A stretch of DNA of 64,000 nucleotides from a virus: IMG/VR virus record IMGVR_UViG_3300037189_005453, positions 15,517 through 79,516 of that record; one strand, 5' to 3'. Each line of letters begins with the position of its first letter. The stretch's first letter is position 1. Under the pieces are notes generated by a model. It saw nothing but the letters and a program-made list of their open reading frames with translations, was not told the origin of the DNA and did no database searches. The translations under genes and the position numbers were made by a program. Positions 36,301-45,037 of the stretch are shown here, piece after piece.

Positions 36301-37467
36301 GTTGTAGTTTGCTCCACTAGATACCAGAACATTTCGTAGGTGGATTCGCTGTCCAGGAACTGGGGACATTGTGAGATTGCTGTCTGAGAGGCTGAGGGTA
36401 AACCCGAGATCAGTTGCAGTTGCTGAAGCTCCCGTAACGGCTGTTCCAGTCAAAGTACTCAGAATAGTAAACTGCGTGCTGTTGGCAGTAGCAATGGTTG
36501 CAGAAACAAGGTTGAACGCTGTTGTTGAAAGTCCTGTGATTGTTACGACTTGGCCAGGTACAAAAGTGTTAGCAGCCGTGTAAGTGATTTTTGTGCCAGA
36601 AGCAACAGCAGCAGTAATAGTCGCAGTTTGAATGGAGATTCCCGTGACATTTGCCATTGGGCGATACCAAACGGTGTTCTTACCAAAATTGTCGTATCCA
36701 ACATACGCCACAGGGAATGTTCCGTTAAAAGCTGACGACTTGTATTTAACTGCTCGCTTACCAACAAACCCGTCAGCCTCGTCTGGCATAGAGTTAACAA
36801 TAACCTGGTTGTACTTCCCCGTAGCAGGCACGGAGTCAGCTGTAAACGGGTGATCATTAGGAACAATGATTTTTGCATAGTTACCCAGAGTAACGGTTCC
36901 AGTTCCAGAGGCCGTGCCTGAAACAGCAGCAGAGACTTGGAAAGTAGTCGGAGTTACAGCCGTAATAGCGGCGTTAGTCAAGTTAAAGGCTGTGTTAGAA
37001 AAGCCAGTAATGGTTACTTGCTCTCCAACAACAAAAGTATTAGCACACGTGTAAGTAACAACAGATCCCGTTCCAGTTGCACCCGTAGCAGTAAAAGTAC
37101 CTGGCTCAATAATTGCTCCACCAATGTAACCCGCGTAACCCTGGGAGCTTGTGATCTGAAGCTCAGTGCTTGCACTCACATAGTTTGCTGGACGGTAGCC
37201 GTACATTGCGGCCAAGTTAAGAAGCGAGTCCCTTTGAGTAGCCGTAAGAAGGTACGTCTCATTTGCAATTCGGTCAATGTAGTAGTTTACCAAGTCTCCC
37301 ATATAGGCAAAAGACTCGACCAATGCCAAACCAAAGTCGTTGGGGTCTGTGCCCTGCCAGTCAGGAACACGGTTTTGAACGCGCTTGATCAGCTCATTTC
37401 TAATCGCGTAGTAATCGCGACCAGTGTAGTCTACAGAAATCGGGGTGTTACTAGCGGCGGCGGTCAT
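33322..37467 (-). CDS. baseplate J-like wedge protein with large repeat insertion
   Basis: DYTGRDY...YYIDRIANE, TFGDG..G..P, GGADPES...RAVTLEDF; internal repeated beta modules. Confidence 0.9.
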   Translation of the reverse strand: MTAAASNTPISVDYTGRDYYAIRNELIKRVQNRVPDWQGTDPNDFGLALVESFAYMGDLVNYYIDRIANETYLLTATQRDSLLNLAAMYGYRPANYVSASTELQITSSQGYAGYIGGAIIEPGTFTATGATGTGSVVTYTCANTFVVGEQVTITGFSNTAFNLTNAAITAVTPTTFQVSAAVSGTASGTGTVTLGNYAKIIVPNDHPFTADSVPATGKYNQVIVNSMPDEADGFVGKRAVKYKSSAFNGTFPVAYVGYDNFGKNTVWYRPMANVTGISIQTATITAAVASGTKITYTAANTFVPGQVVTITGLSTTAFNLVSATIATANSTQFTILSTLTGTAVTGASATATDLGFTLSLSDSNLTMSPVPGQRIHLRNVLVSSGANYNGIWVIDSVTPETSTTPLQVYIRTTYVDPITSFSTDASISSAKVTTISGTDYLMYSAWNGFVTGETVTITGFVDKTATVTAASAGYTASSVTATVTAASAAGGTVTYTANNSFTNGQYVSITGISTTAFNLTNVQIATASSTQFTVTNSATGAGVTGATATATIQLPTVTYTATNSFAAGQTVSVTGLSTTAFNLTNVLVNTATSSQFTVLNSATGGSVTGATASATVAGTLFNLANKVITSRKNVEAIVSRATVTTGVPTYYVSQAFAVGDYVTTRSIASAGNEVAQDDLGYNLTDQTITAVGTVPFTINSVVGASPSSGRITFQTSSTHSFLTNDYVTITGVANLADTTVTSTNVYNLVAAKILAVPTPTSFVVEGYWTQTYDAVNSTSPTATMYSFTIGGANVFGECRSSGSAVSEYFTIAKPSGFSGSWASSTNALATPVVGGTYTSGGEIVYANIPTLVTSGPYVTAVGSTIVPKGTQVSTNVTVEGVTKQIIFSTLSDLSVPFRSSASVLARHGEDVSLRTENAANSVAKPYDIAGELLGFSDGSADQSFALKEVEVATRDVRVFVDTSISWEEWLQVEHVNDYTPSSKVFQVDVLASGEVRATFGDGISGMIPNRDSGIKAVYFAGGGAIGNVSAGSLTTWNSVVGVNSDTIKNSMTVTNTAAAVGGADPESNDSIRYNAPKSLRALNRAVTLEDFSNLALSVDGIVKANAVANSRSSVTIYIAPTSGGETTPGVDDAGIATTAMAQYKGYVADYLASKKQIGTTVTVLEPVYSPIHVELQYSLLPQYNQGLVETAIKQSILDSFSYDNLTFADVITPEEVEFKIRQVDGVANARVVGLYRDGGNGRNSLIGDPYELFVFSGSDIGITATSTNANLIAPVTITAYDSSGTSLGAGTISPTINSGVYSYTLALPYNSAKINIVASTNDALASVSVNDNIATEATVGGTTTYTVSNLKVPDTTLIIVVTAQDGVTVNSYKFKVSVATS

Positions 37468-37871
37468 TGCGTGAGCTCCTGGTAGGGGGGATTAATATCT
37501 GAGATAACCATGACACCAGCTTGAGTTGTTACCTGGGTCTTGTTTGGCAAAGAATATGTAACCTGAATTTGAAGAACATTTTCTGTGTTGTTATACACAG
37601 TAGTGATATCGATTACAGAAAGGAGGGGCAAAAAATCTACAAAGACCCTGCGGACATCTCGCTCTACAACGTCTTTAAATCCATCAACCGTGTTAAACAA
37701 CGAAGAAGGAACTCGAGTCCCATAGCCTGGGCGCATCACCCTCTCACCAAGATTGGTTTCAATAGCCATCTTTACGCGGCTAGACCAAATTGTTTCTTGG
37801 GAGGTGGTAGTTACAATTGACCCAGTAAACGGGTCCAAACTAAATGGCAACACCAACGCAACTTCTGCCAT
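37464..37871 (-). CDS. gp25-like baseplate wedge protein
   Basis: TNLGERVMRPGYG. Confidence 0.9.
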   Translation of the reverse strand: MAEVALVLPFSLDPFTGSIVTTTSQETIWSSRVKMAIETNLGERVMRPGYGTRVPSSLFNTVDGFKDVVERDVRRVFVDFLPLLSVIDITTVYNNTENVLQIQVTYSLPNKTQVTTQAGVMVISDINPPYQELTQ

Positions 37872-37872
37872 G

Positions 37873-39150
37873 TTAACCTACGTTCTTCCATCTTTTGGGG
37901 GTAGTCAAGTAGCCTTGATTTGATTCCGAGGGGTACGGGGTGTAGTCCTGGAGCTGAACAGAGTCAAGGCTGAATGATAGTGCAGCACTAGATCCGTTTT
38001 GAACGCTCTGCTCTAAGTTTACCGTGCCAGCGCCCGTATCGGTCCTTGTTCTAAAAGGAGTTTGAACAACTGCGTCTCCGATTCCATCCGTAGAAACAGC
38101 AAGTTCAATCATGTAGTCACCAATTTTGTGAAACTGATGTTTTGCTTCATTAATGATCCAGAACCCATCAGTAGTTGCGCTAGTTCCCGCAACATACGTA
38201 GTTCCGAAAGGACGGATACGTGGGTCTCCCTGTCCTTTAATTGTTGCTGGAATTCCAAACCTAGAAAGCTGCGCGGCAGCTTTTGCTGTTTCAGTTGCAG
38301 AAACTTGGTTGTTAATTACTTGGTCAGTTCTAAACTCCTCAAAAAGAACAGAACTTACCGTCTCACGAAGAGCGTCACCCGTGGTGTCTGGACTAGAGGA
38401 GGACAGGAGAATATTACCCGAGGCAATGTCTACACCTCCAACATTCTTAACAGTTCGGAAGTTATTTGAGCTCTCTACGTTGTCTCCATAGATGATTTTA
38501 AACTCGTCAAGTGTGCGGTCTAGAAACTGAGTGTTAAAAGGAGCTCCAGCATTTCCAAGAGAAAGTACGGGGGCGTTTGAGAACCCCATGTCAATCAATT
38601 TGTCAATCGGCCGAAACACAAACGTCATACCATCAACAATGATTCCATAACCAATTTTTTTGGCTTGTTCAGAAATCCACTCCCAGTAAGAGTTTCCCGT
38701 CATAGCAAGTTGAGGAAAAATCTGAGGGTGAGGATCAGTAATTACCTTGAACCCAAATTCCTGGGCAATTTTTGAAACAGCATCAGGAACTGTTGAGTCA
38801 GTAAAAACCCTAGTTGCACGTTGCTTCATAGGGAACGTGGAGCCAACGCACATGACGCGCATTACGTTGGTCCTTTGTGGGGAATTCACCTTTGAAATAG
38901 AGGAGACGTACCCAATCCAATCTTTAGAAAGAGTATCTTGCCGCCAGCTAAACTGAACAGGAACTCCCGTCTTTAGTGTCTCAAACCAGAGCGTACTTTC
39001 AGAAAGAAACTCAAGAATAAGAACATCGTGAGAGTACTGTTTTTGAAACAAGTCAATACTGGTTGGCTGCGCAGTAAGAGACGGCAAAGTAGGGAAGGTA
39101 ACCTGGGTAGCGGTACCTCTCCTATACTTTGTTGCCAAAAGATCAGACAC
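37873..39150 (-). CDS. baseplate hub protein (gpD/gp27-like)
   Basis: SYWEW...AKKIGY, GQGDPRIRP, GFWII..A.H; synteny. Confidence 0.8.
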   Translation of the reverse strand: MSDLLATKYRRGTATQVTFPTLPSLTAQPTSIDLFQKQYSHDVLILEFLSESTLWFETLKTGVPVQFSWRQDTLSKDWIGYVSSISKVNSPQRTNVMRVMCVGSTFPMKQRATRVFTDSTVPDAVSKIAQEFGFKVITDPHPQIFPQLAMTGNSYWEWISEQAKKIGYGIIVDGMTFVFRPIDKLIDMGFSNAPVLSLGNAGAPFNTQFLDRTLDEFKIIYGDNVESSNNFRTVKNVGGVDIASGNILLSSSSPDTTGDALRETVSSVLFEEFRTDQVINNQVSATETAKAAAQLSRFGIPATIKGQGDPRIRPFGTTYVAGTSATTDGFWIINEAKHQFHKIGDYMIELAVSTDGIGDAVVQTPFRTRTDTGAGTVNLEQSVQNGSSAALSFSLDSVQLQDYTPYPSESNQGYLTTPKRWKNVG

Positions 39151-39418
39151 TCGGGATCCTCAAAGTAGTTCCAACAGGAATGCTGAACGGGTCAATAATT
39201 TCGGGATTAAAGTCCATAATCTTCCACCAGAAAACGGAGCTACCCAACAACTCGGACGCAACAATGTCGATGCGGTCTCCCTGCACCCAGGTATACCAAT
39301 AGAACTGGGCTCGAGCCTTAGGAAACTTCCTATAAACAGCAAGACGGTATGCCCCGTTTCTGGGATCTTGCACCTTAGTTATAAGCCCTTGGGCGTATCG
39401 GCTATCTGCATAAATCAT
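39143..39418 (-). CDS. LysM/tail-X-like baseplate protein
   Basis: GDRIDIVA...LG...WWKIMDFNPEIIDP..IPVGTTLRIP. Confidence 0.85.
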   Translation of the reverse strand: MIYADSRYAQGLITKVQDPRNGAYRLAVYRKFPKARAQFYWYTWVQGDRIDIVASELLGSSVFWWKIMDFNPEIIDPFSIPVGTTLRIPSV

Positions 39419-40899
39419 TAGTAATAGATCTTTCTTCCGTTTTTCCACATAAAGTCATCTTTAGAGGTTGTATCGGCGGGGTAGTCTGGGAGTCGAGCAA
39501 ACGCAATATCCAAAGTAGAAAAAAGAGGAACCATACGTGAATCAAAAATGATGTGGTTTAGATTAAGCGAGTTAATTGTTCCCAAATACCTCATCTCTTT
39601 ACCAAGGTGAAGTTCGACAGGAAGGGCAGGTAACCAACCCATGTCGGCCGTCTTTGTGCCTCGAAGATAACTGTTCATAGTAGTTCCCATCAATACCCGC
39701 AAAAGAGATTCTACGTCATACATGGTTCCGTGCTCATATAGTGCTTTAGCATCCAGAGCGGTCGGGTCATCGCTTACTATTGGGGGGACCGCGTAAATAT
39801 CAGTGAGGCTGACTCCTGGTTTAAGTGCCCCATAGTTGTCAAAATACTGCATATCAAAAATTCGGTTAATTACGACCTGGAAAGATATTGATCCTTGTGA
39901 TCCCGAAACTCCCGCAAGGTTAAACATTTCCTGCCCGCTAGTCATGAGAGTAACGTCAACATTCGGTGCGGTGAAATAAGACATCGCAACTGTTCCAGGG
40001 TTGTACTGGAACTGAAATCCGTAGTTGTGGTTATCGGACAAGTTTGCTGTATTTGCTGGATTTGATCCCGAGTTCCACGCCCTCAAAACCTGCTCTGATG
40101 TAACAATCATTCCTTTATTAGCTTTAGTTTGAGTCCATAGATCGCTAGCTTGTTGTACAGCTGAGGGGCGGTTGTTAGGGCCTTGAACTCGATTAACAAA
40201 GTTCGAATTACTACTAAAGTAGGCTTCATTAACAGCACTTGCGTTATAAAGGAGGTCGCCTCCTCCATTACTGAGTTTGGTTTTATAAGCACCAATTGCT
40301 GTATTTGTAACCTTGTCTGCAGCAGCTACTACCTCATCAGCCGCAGACTGTTCGTTATTGCTCTTAAGGTTTTGATCCGCAAGATGTGCAGCAACCAATT
40401 GCGTATAAAGTGTGTTCTTTTTTGTGTTTAACCCAGAAAGGGTTGTTTTTGCAGTTGACACAGCCTTTGCGTCTACGGATGTAGTTCCCACCCCACTAGC
40501 TCCTGTAACCGCAGTTCCTGTAGCCGCGTTTGTTACTGTGAACGCAGATGATGTTGCGCTAGCAATCTTGACATTACTTAAATTAAACGCTGCAGTTGAA
40601 AGTCCAGTAATACTGATTGTTTGGCCCGCAGTAAGAGCATTTGCGGCTGTATAGGTGACGACCCCACCGCTTGCTGACGCAGCAGTAATCGTTACAGATA
40701 CTGGGGAAGCTTGCAAGGCATTAAGGAGAGTTGTCTGGGTAAAAATACTATCTTCTGTAGCCTTCAGCTGCTTAGACAAAGAATCTGCATTCGTATCCAA
40801 GTTTGCAGTATTAGCGGCTATTTTTGCCACAGTTGTTGCAGATGCTTTTGCAGCGATCTTCTTGTCCCTAGCACTGGTTGCTTTTTTTGCAGTAGCCAT
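39418..40899 (-). CDS. tail tube initiator-like / minor tail protein
   Basis: FQFQYNP and FDSRMVP motifs; follows tape measure. Confidence 0.65.
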   Translation of the reverse strand: MATAKKATSARDKKIAAKASATTVAKIAANTANLDTNADSLSKQLKATEDSIFTQTTLLNALQASPVSVTITAASASGGVVTYTAANALTAGQTISITGLSTAAFNLSNVKIASATSSAFTVTNAATGTAVTGASGVGTTSVDAKAVSTAKTTLSGLNTKKNTLYTQLVAAHLADQNLKSNNEQSAADEVVAAADKVTNTAIGAYKTKLSNGGGDLLYNASAVNEAYFSSNSNFVNRVQGPNNRPSAVQQASDLWTQTKANKGMIVTSEQVLRAWNSGSNPANTANLSDNHNYGFQFQYNPGTVAMSYFTAPNVDVTLMTSGQEMFNLAGVSGSQGSISFQVVINRIFDMQYFDNYGALKPGVSLTDIYAVPPIVSDDPTALDAKALYEHGTMYDVESLLRVLMGTTMNSYLRGTKTADMGWLPALPVELHLGKEMRYLGTINSLNLNHIIFDSRMVPLFSTLDIAFARLPDYPADTTSKDDFMWKNGRKIYY

Positions 40900-40902
40900 T
40901 TA

Positions 40903-43389
40903 TTAAATACTCCCCGTGTTAGACATAAGCGTGTTGTTGTCTAGGTATCCCTTAACAAGTTGGGCAAACTTCAAAGCGTCTGCTGATGTCACATCAGGAA
41001 CCTGCACTGTGATCGCCACGTTGTTATTGTAATTAGTTCCCGCAGCCCCATCCGCAGCCTGTGCTGCTGCAGGTGTCGTGGCGGGCCCAGGTCCAGCGGT
41101 AGGATCTTGCAGGTATTTCTGCCAGTCTGAAGAAGACACCCCAAGATTAACAGCCATTTTTTGTACGGCGGAGTTAATTCCCGATTCAGTACCCGAGTAA
41201 AGCCCTTGAAGGATTCCCATAGCATTTGTAGCAGCAGTGGGTGTAGCCGACGCAGTGTTTGCTTGGCTCAGTACTGAGTTGTACGTTGATTGATCAGAAG
41301 CACTCACTCCTGAAGTCGATGAGTCAGAAGAAGAGCTACTAGAAGAACTACTAGAAGAGCTTGTGCCTTTATCCCATGTCACAGCACTCTTTGAGCCGTC
41401 TGTTTGGATTTGAGAAATAGCATCAAGAGTAAGGTTTTTTCCACCCCGTCCGCTACCCTCACGAAGTTCGAAGTGAAGGTGAGACCCAGTAGAACGTCCA
41501 GTGTTACCCTGGTAACCAATGATGTCGCCTTTTGTAACGACTTGTCCTTTAGATACTTTAACAGACTTGAGGTGACCGTAAACACTTGTGTACTGGTTGA
41601 CACCTTTTTTATTCGATGTTTGATGCAGAATCGACACGTAATTTCCAAGACCACCATTAGGCCACTCGTTTCCGTGGCCAGTAACGGCCTCAAGTACCTT
41701 ACCGTCTCCAACAGCTCGAACGGGGTTTCCATCTCCCAGGAGAAAGTCGGTTCCATCGTGGGGGGTGCTATGCACGTCGTCTACTTCGCCAAGGTGGGTC
41801 GAAATTGTTTTCCCATTAAATTGATCGAGAGAGAACTCAGGATAACCCAAAATAGTGGGGTTAGCTGCGCTCATAGTGGCAAGGGCGTTGTAAGAAGTAG
41901 TCCATGCAGAGCCGTAGTCTGGCCCACCACGACCGTATTTTTCCCCTCCGCTAGCTCCATTCCCCCCCATATTTCCAAGCATTACACTGCCAGCCGCTCC
42001 AAGCCCTAATCCAACGGCCATGTTAGCTGCGTATCCAGCAATTGCAATTCCAGAAGGGATTGCGTTAAACGGAGTGGTATTAGCGGCCTGGTTTACAATT
42101 GCACCAATGCCCTTGCTCGCGTAATCTACGGTACTTGTGATTCCAGATACAGCACCACTAAAACTTTTGTTTCCAAACAGTGTTTGGATCATTGCTGAAG
42201 CACTACCCAAAGCTCGAGCAAAACCACCAGAAACATCTGTTAATACACCAAGCGCTTTAGTTGCCGAGTTAATTCCGCTAATGTACGGATCTTCAGCATT
42301 TCCCATTGCACCCGTTTGTTTGTTTGCCAAAGTCATTTGCGCATTAAGGGGGTTAATGTTTCCCTTACTTCCAATGCTTTGGTCAAGAGGCGTTGCCGAT
42401 GACAAGTCCATGTTTTTTCCGCCAGCGCGGTCAATCATGTATTGTTTAAACATTTGTGCGCCCTGTTGGTCCCCTTGGAAGAAGGAGTCAATCGTCACAC
42501 CAAGCGCACCACGACGAATAGAGGCTTGAGTCTGCTCTACTGTTGCTTGACCACGTCCAGCAGTTAGCCTCTGCGCCAATTCCTCAAAAATATCTTTTTG
42601 AGTTTTTTCCTGACCAGTGTCAAGTTTGGCTGTGTAGATACCAAAGTTTCGCAGCATCGAGGAAGCACCCTGAGCAGAAGTCAATCCCTCAATAGAGGCT
42701 GCAGCTTCTTCGTTGGAGATGTTCATGTAGCGTGCAGCGTTTGCCACTGATCTCAACGTTTGCTGATATACCCCGTTAGCGTTTGAGGAGGCAGTCATTC
42801 CACGACCAGCAAGGAACTGAGCAACGTTTGCGTCTGATCCAGCAGACGTCATACCGTTCATACGTGACAAAGTTCCGTATGTCATGTTTTGCAGCGACTG
42901 CCTATTCATGACATTTCCACCACGAACACCCGCGTTGTAGTAGCTAGTGGCGCGGTTCATTGTGTCGCCAACTTGCGGAAGGAAGTTAGACGCAGCCGCA
43001 GACATATTTTCTAAGAACTTAGCTGTATCTGACAAGCCAAAGTTAGAAGACACAATTCCAGAGTCGCCGCCCTGAGGAGTAGATGAGTAGTACTCTGGAT
43101 TCTTTTTCAGATTGTTGTAGGCAATTCTTCCGCCAATAAATCCGCCAAGTTTTCCAAAAGGGCTCATTGGGTTAACGCCACTAGAGACGTTAGCCAAAGA
43201 GTTGTCCATTACTCCACCAGTGGAGCCATGTCCTGATTGTCCTCCAGTTGGAGACACCTTACCAGAACTCTTAGCGATGCCTCCCACAGCCTTTTCGGCT
43301 TTAGTCAGCGAACTTTCAATGCCCTGGGCATACCCCATGATTTTTTTCATGGAGGATTCTAGGGATTTAAAGTCTGCGGCTTCAGACAT
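40903..43389 (-). CDS. tape measure protein with C-terminal M23 peptidase
   Basis: Ala/Gly-rich helical N-part after the chaperones; HDGTD...YGHL...GNTGRSTGSHLHFE. Confidence 0.85.
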   Translation of the reverse strand: MSEAADFKSLESSMKKIMGYAQGIESSLTKAEKAVGGIAKSSGKVSPTGGQSGHGSTGGVMDNSLANVSSGVNPMSPFGKLGGFIGGRIAYNNLKKNPEYYSSTPQGGDSGIVSSNFGLSDTAKFLENMSAAASNFLPQVGDTMNRATSYYNAGVRGGNVMNRQSLQNMTYGTLSRMNGMTSAGSDANVAQFLAGRGMTASSNANGVYQQTLRSVANAARYMNISNEEAAASIEGLTSAQGASSMLRNFGIYTAKLDTGQEKTQKDIFEELAQRLTAGRGQATVEQTQASIRRGALGVTIDSFFQGDQQGAQMFKQYMIDRAGGKNMDLSSATPLDQSIGSKGNINPLNAQMTLANKQTGAMGNAEDPYISGINSATKALGVLTDVSGGFARALGSASAMIQTLFGNKSFSGAVSGITSTVDYASKGIGAIVNQAANTTPFNAIPSGIAIAGYAANMAVGLGLGAAGSVMLGNMGGNGASGGEKYGRGGPDYGSAWTTSYNALATMSAANPTILGYPEFSLDQFNGKTISTHLGEVDDVHSTPHDGTDFLLGDGNPVRAVGDGKVLEAVTGHGNEWPNGGLGNYVSILHQTSNKKGVNQYTSVYGHLKSVKVSKGQVVTKGDIIGYQGNTGRSTGSHLHFELREGSGRGGKNLTLDAISQIQTDGSKSAVTWDKGTSSSSSSSSSSSSDSSTSGVSASDQSTYNSVLSQANTASATPTAATNAMGILQGLYSGTESGINSAVQKMAVNLGVSSSDWQKYLQDPTAGPGPATTPAAAQAADGAAGTNYNNNVAITVQVPDVTSADALKFAQLVKGYLDNNTLMSNTGSI

Positions 43390-43392
43390 GCT

Positions 43393-43557
43393 TTAGTTCC
43401 TTACTGTGGCTTTTTTAAAACTAGAGGAAAGATCCATCCAGTTTTTTCTTTCTCTAGGAGAAAGTGACTTTATTTCTTCTAATGACCATCCTGGGAAAAG
43501 AGTGCTAAGTACAAGCCAATCCATCATCAGAGCTTCATATGAAGATACTTTAGAATC
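43393..43557 (-). CDS. tail assembly chaperone extension (probably reached by frameshift)
   Basis: GWSLEEIKSLSPRERKNW, gpT-like; no good RBS. Confidence 0.65.
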   Translation of the reverse strand, partial: DSKVSSYEALMMDWLVLSTLFPGWSLEEIKSLSPRERKNWMDLSSSFKKATVRN

Positions 43558-44365
43558 GAAACAAGGTTCCGAGATTAAACGGAACCACAACCTTTCCGTC
43601 CTCGCAGTCTGAACAATCGATTACAATGTCTTCAAACTGTGGGCCAGGTAGGCGATTTGCCAACTCTGTAGTGATTTTGTTTCGATCAGCAATACCGAGT
43701 TCCTGAACTTGTGCTTTTCCTAAAACAGGCTGGCCATCGATTTCAAGAATTGTGTTTTGCAAGAGAATGGTGTTTCTTTCACCAGTTGTTTTGCTATCTG
43801 TTTCTGCAAGTTCTTTCTGTACAAGACCAGTAGGAAGAGTTACAAGGAATTCTTTTTTACGGCCGTGGACTGTAAACGTACGGTCATCAATTGGGTCTAC
43901 CAAGATTTTAGTCTTAACATCTCGGTTGATGTCAATTGCAACAACCTTAATTTCGTTGCATTCACTGCAAATACCAGGAAGCTCTACATCGCTTCCGAAA
44001 GACGCCTTCCAGATACCCAAGAGCAAAGCATCGCGATCCCCAATAATCAAAGAGTTAAGGATCTTCTCGTTTACTGGCTCTCCCCCAATGGAGACTGTGG
44101 CTCGAGCAAGGACCGTGTTATACGCCTTTGCTCCACCACCCGATTTGCCAATGATCTCTTCATCACGACCGTTTAGTTCACGAACCTCTGCGGTCTTGGC
44201 GACCTCCCCGTCTGGCTTAATGTAGCCAGCGGGAAGGTCAACCAAGGTATCCGAAGGAGGGGTAATTACTACGGGTTGTTCTTCGACCTTTGTTGTTGCG
44301 GAGAGCACTGTTTCAATGAGGTCATTGTTAAGTGCGGCTCCACTTGCGGTCTTTACGTTTTCCAT
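43550..44365 (-). CDS. tail assembly chaperone
   Basis: VRELNGRDEE, GDRDALLL, two CxxC; between tube and tape measure. Confidence 0.8.
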   Translation of the reverse strand: MENVKTASGAALNNDLIETVLSATTKVEEQPVVITPPSDTLVDLPAGYIKPDGEVAKTAEVRELNGRDEEIIGKSGGGAKAYNTVLARATVSIGGEPVNEKILNSLIIGDRDALLLGIWKASFGSDVELPGICSECNEIKVVAIDINRDVKTKILVDPIDDRTFTVHGRKKEFLVTLPTGLVQKELAETDSKTTGERNTILLQNTILEIDGQPVLGKAQVQELGIADRNKITTELANRLPGPQFEDIVIDCSDCEDGKVVVPFNLGTLFRF

Positions 44366-44385
44366 TTTATTCTCCTAATTAGTTG

Positions 44386-45018
44386 TTACTTGAACGCGGG
44401 TGCAGACCCATTAAGGGTGAGGTCAGTTCCCCACGACATGTCAAAGCCCTCGTGAACCAGAGTGATCTGCTCAACGAAAAGGGCGTTGTCACCAGCGTTA
44501 AGGTCCGAGTATGAAACGCTGGTAGGCCATGCGTTGTATACCTGGAAACGGGCTGAGACGTGATCCTTGTAGTTAGCTACGGTAAGGTCAACGTTTGATC
44601 CACCAGAGCCTGCGATTGGGTGTGTCAGAACCTCAATCTCAACATCCGCACGGAAGTTTTCGCCAAGTGTAGAGGCAGTTCCCTGCTGAACAGTTGCGAA
44701 CAACTTACGCATCCAGTCCCAGTGCTGCGAGGTTCCGAGAACGACACCGCGCTGCAAAGTAATGGGTGAGAAGGTTGTCTGACCAGGAATCTGGTGAACA
44801 GTCGTGTTGTATCCGCCTTCACGGTAAGGGATGCTGTCGGTGTTAACCGACAGACCCGATACCGACGTAAAGCCAATAGTAACCTTTGTGTTCTTGTACC
44901 ATGAGCCACCTGCATTGGTTCCAGTTGCAAGAGGCTTAAATGTGACCAGGAATCGGAAATTCCTAATCGGATCCGTCTCGAGAGTCGAGCGGTTGTTGAT
45001 AATAGTTGGACCAGCCAT
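44386..45018 (-). CDS. tail tube protein (T4 gp19-like)
   Basis: DPIRNFRF, GFTSVSGL, YREGG, ITLQRG, NAWP, LVHEG. Confidence 0.93.
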   Translation of the reverse strand: MAGPTIINNRSTLETDPIRNFRFLVTFKPLATGTNAGGSWYKNTKVTIGFTSVSGLSVNTDSIPYREGGYNTTVHQIPGQTTFSPITLQRGVVLGTSQHWDWMRKLFATVQQGTASTLGENFRADVEIEVLTHPIAGSGGSNVDLTVANYKDHVSARFQVYNAWPTSVSYSDLNAGDNALFVEQITLVHEGFDMSWGTDLTLNGSAPAFK

Positions 45019-45037
45019 TTACTATTTTCTCCTTCGG

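Noticed and set aside
41325-41360. AGAAGA(A/G)CTACT-type tandem DNA repeat
   Set aside because: Simply encodes the poly-Ser linker of the tape measure protein.
43540-43620. Canonical -1 tail chaperone frameshift
   Set aside because: Downstream ORF is in the +1 frame and no XXXYYYZ site is present.
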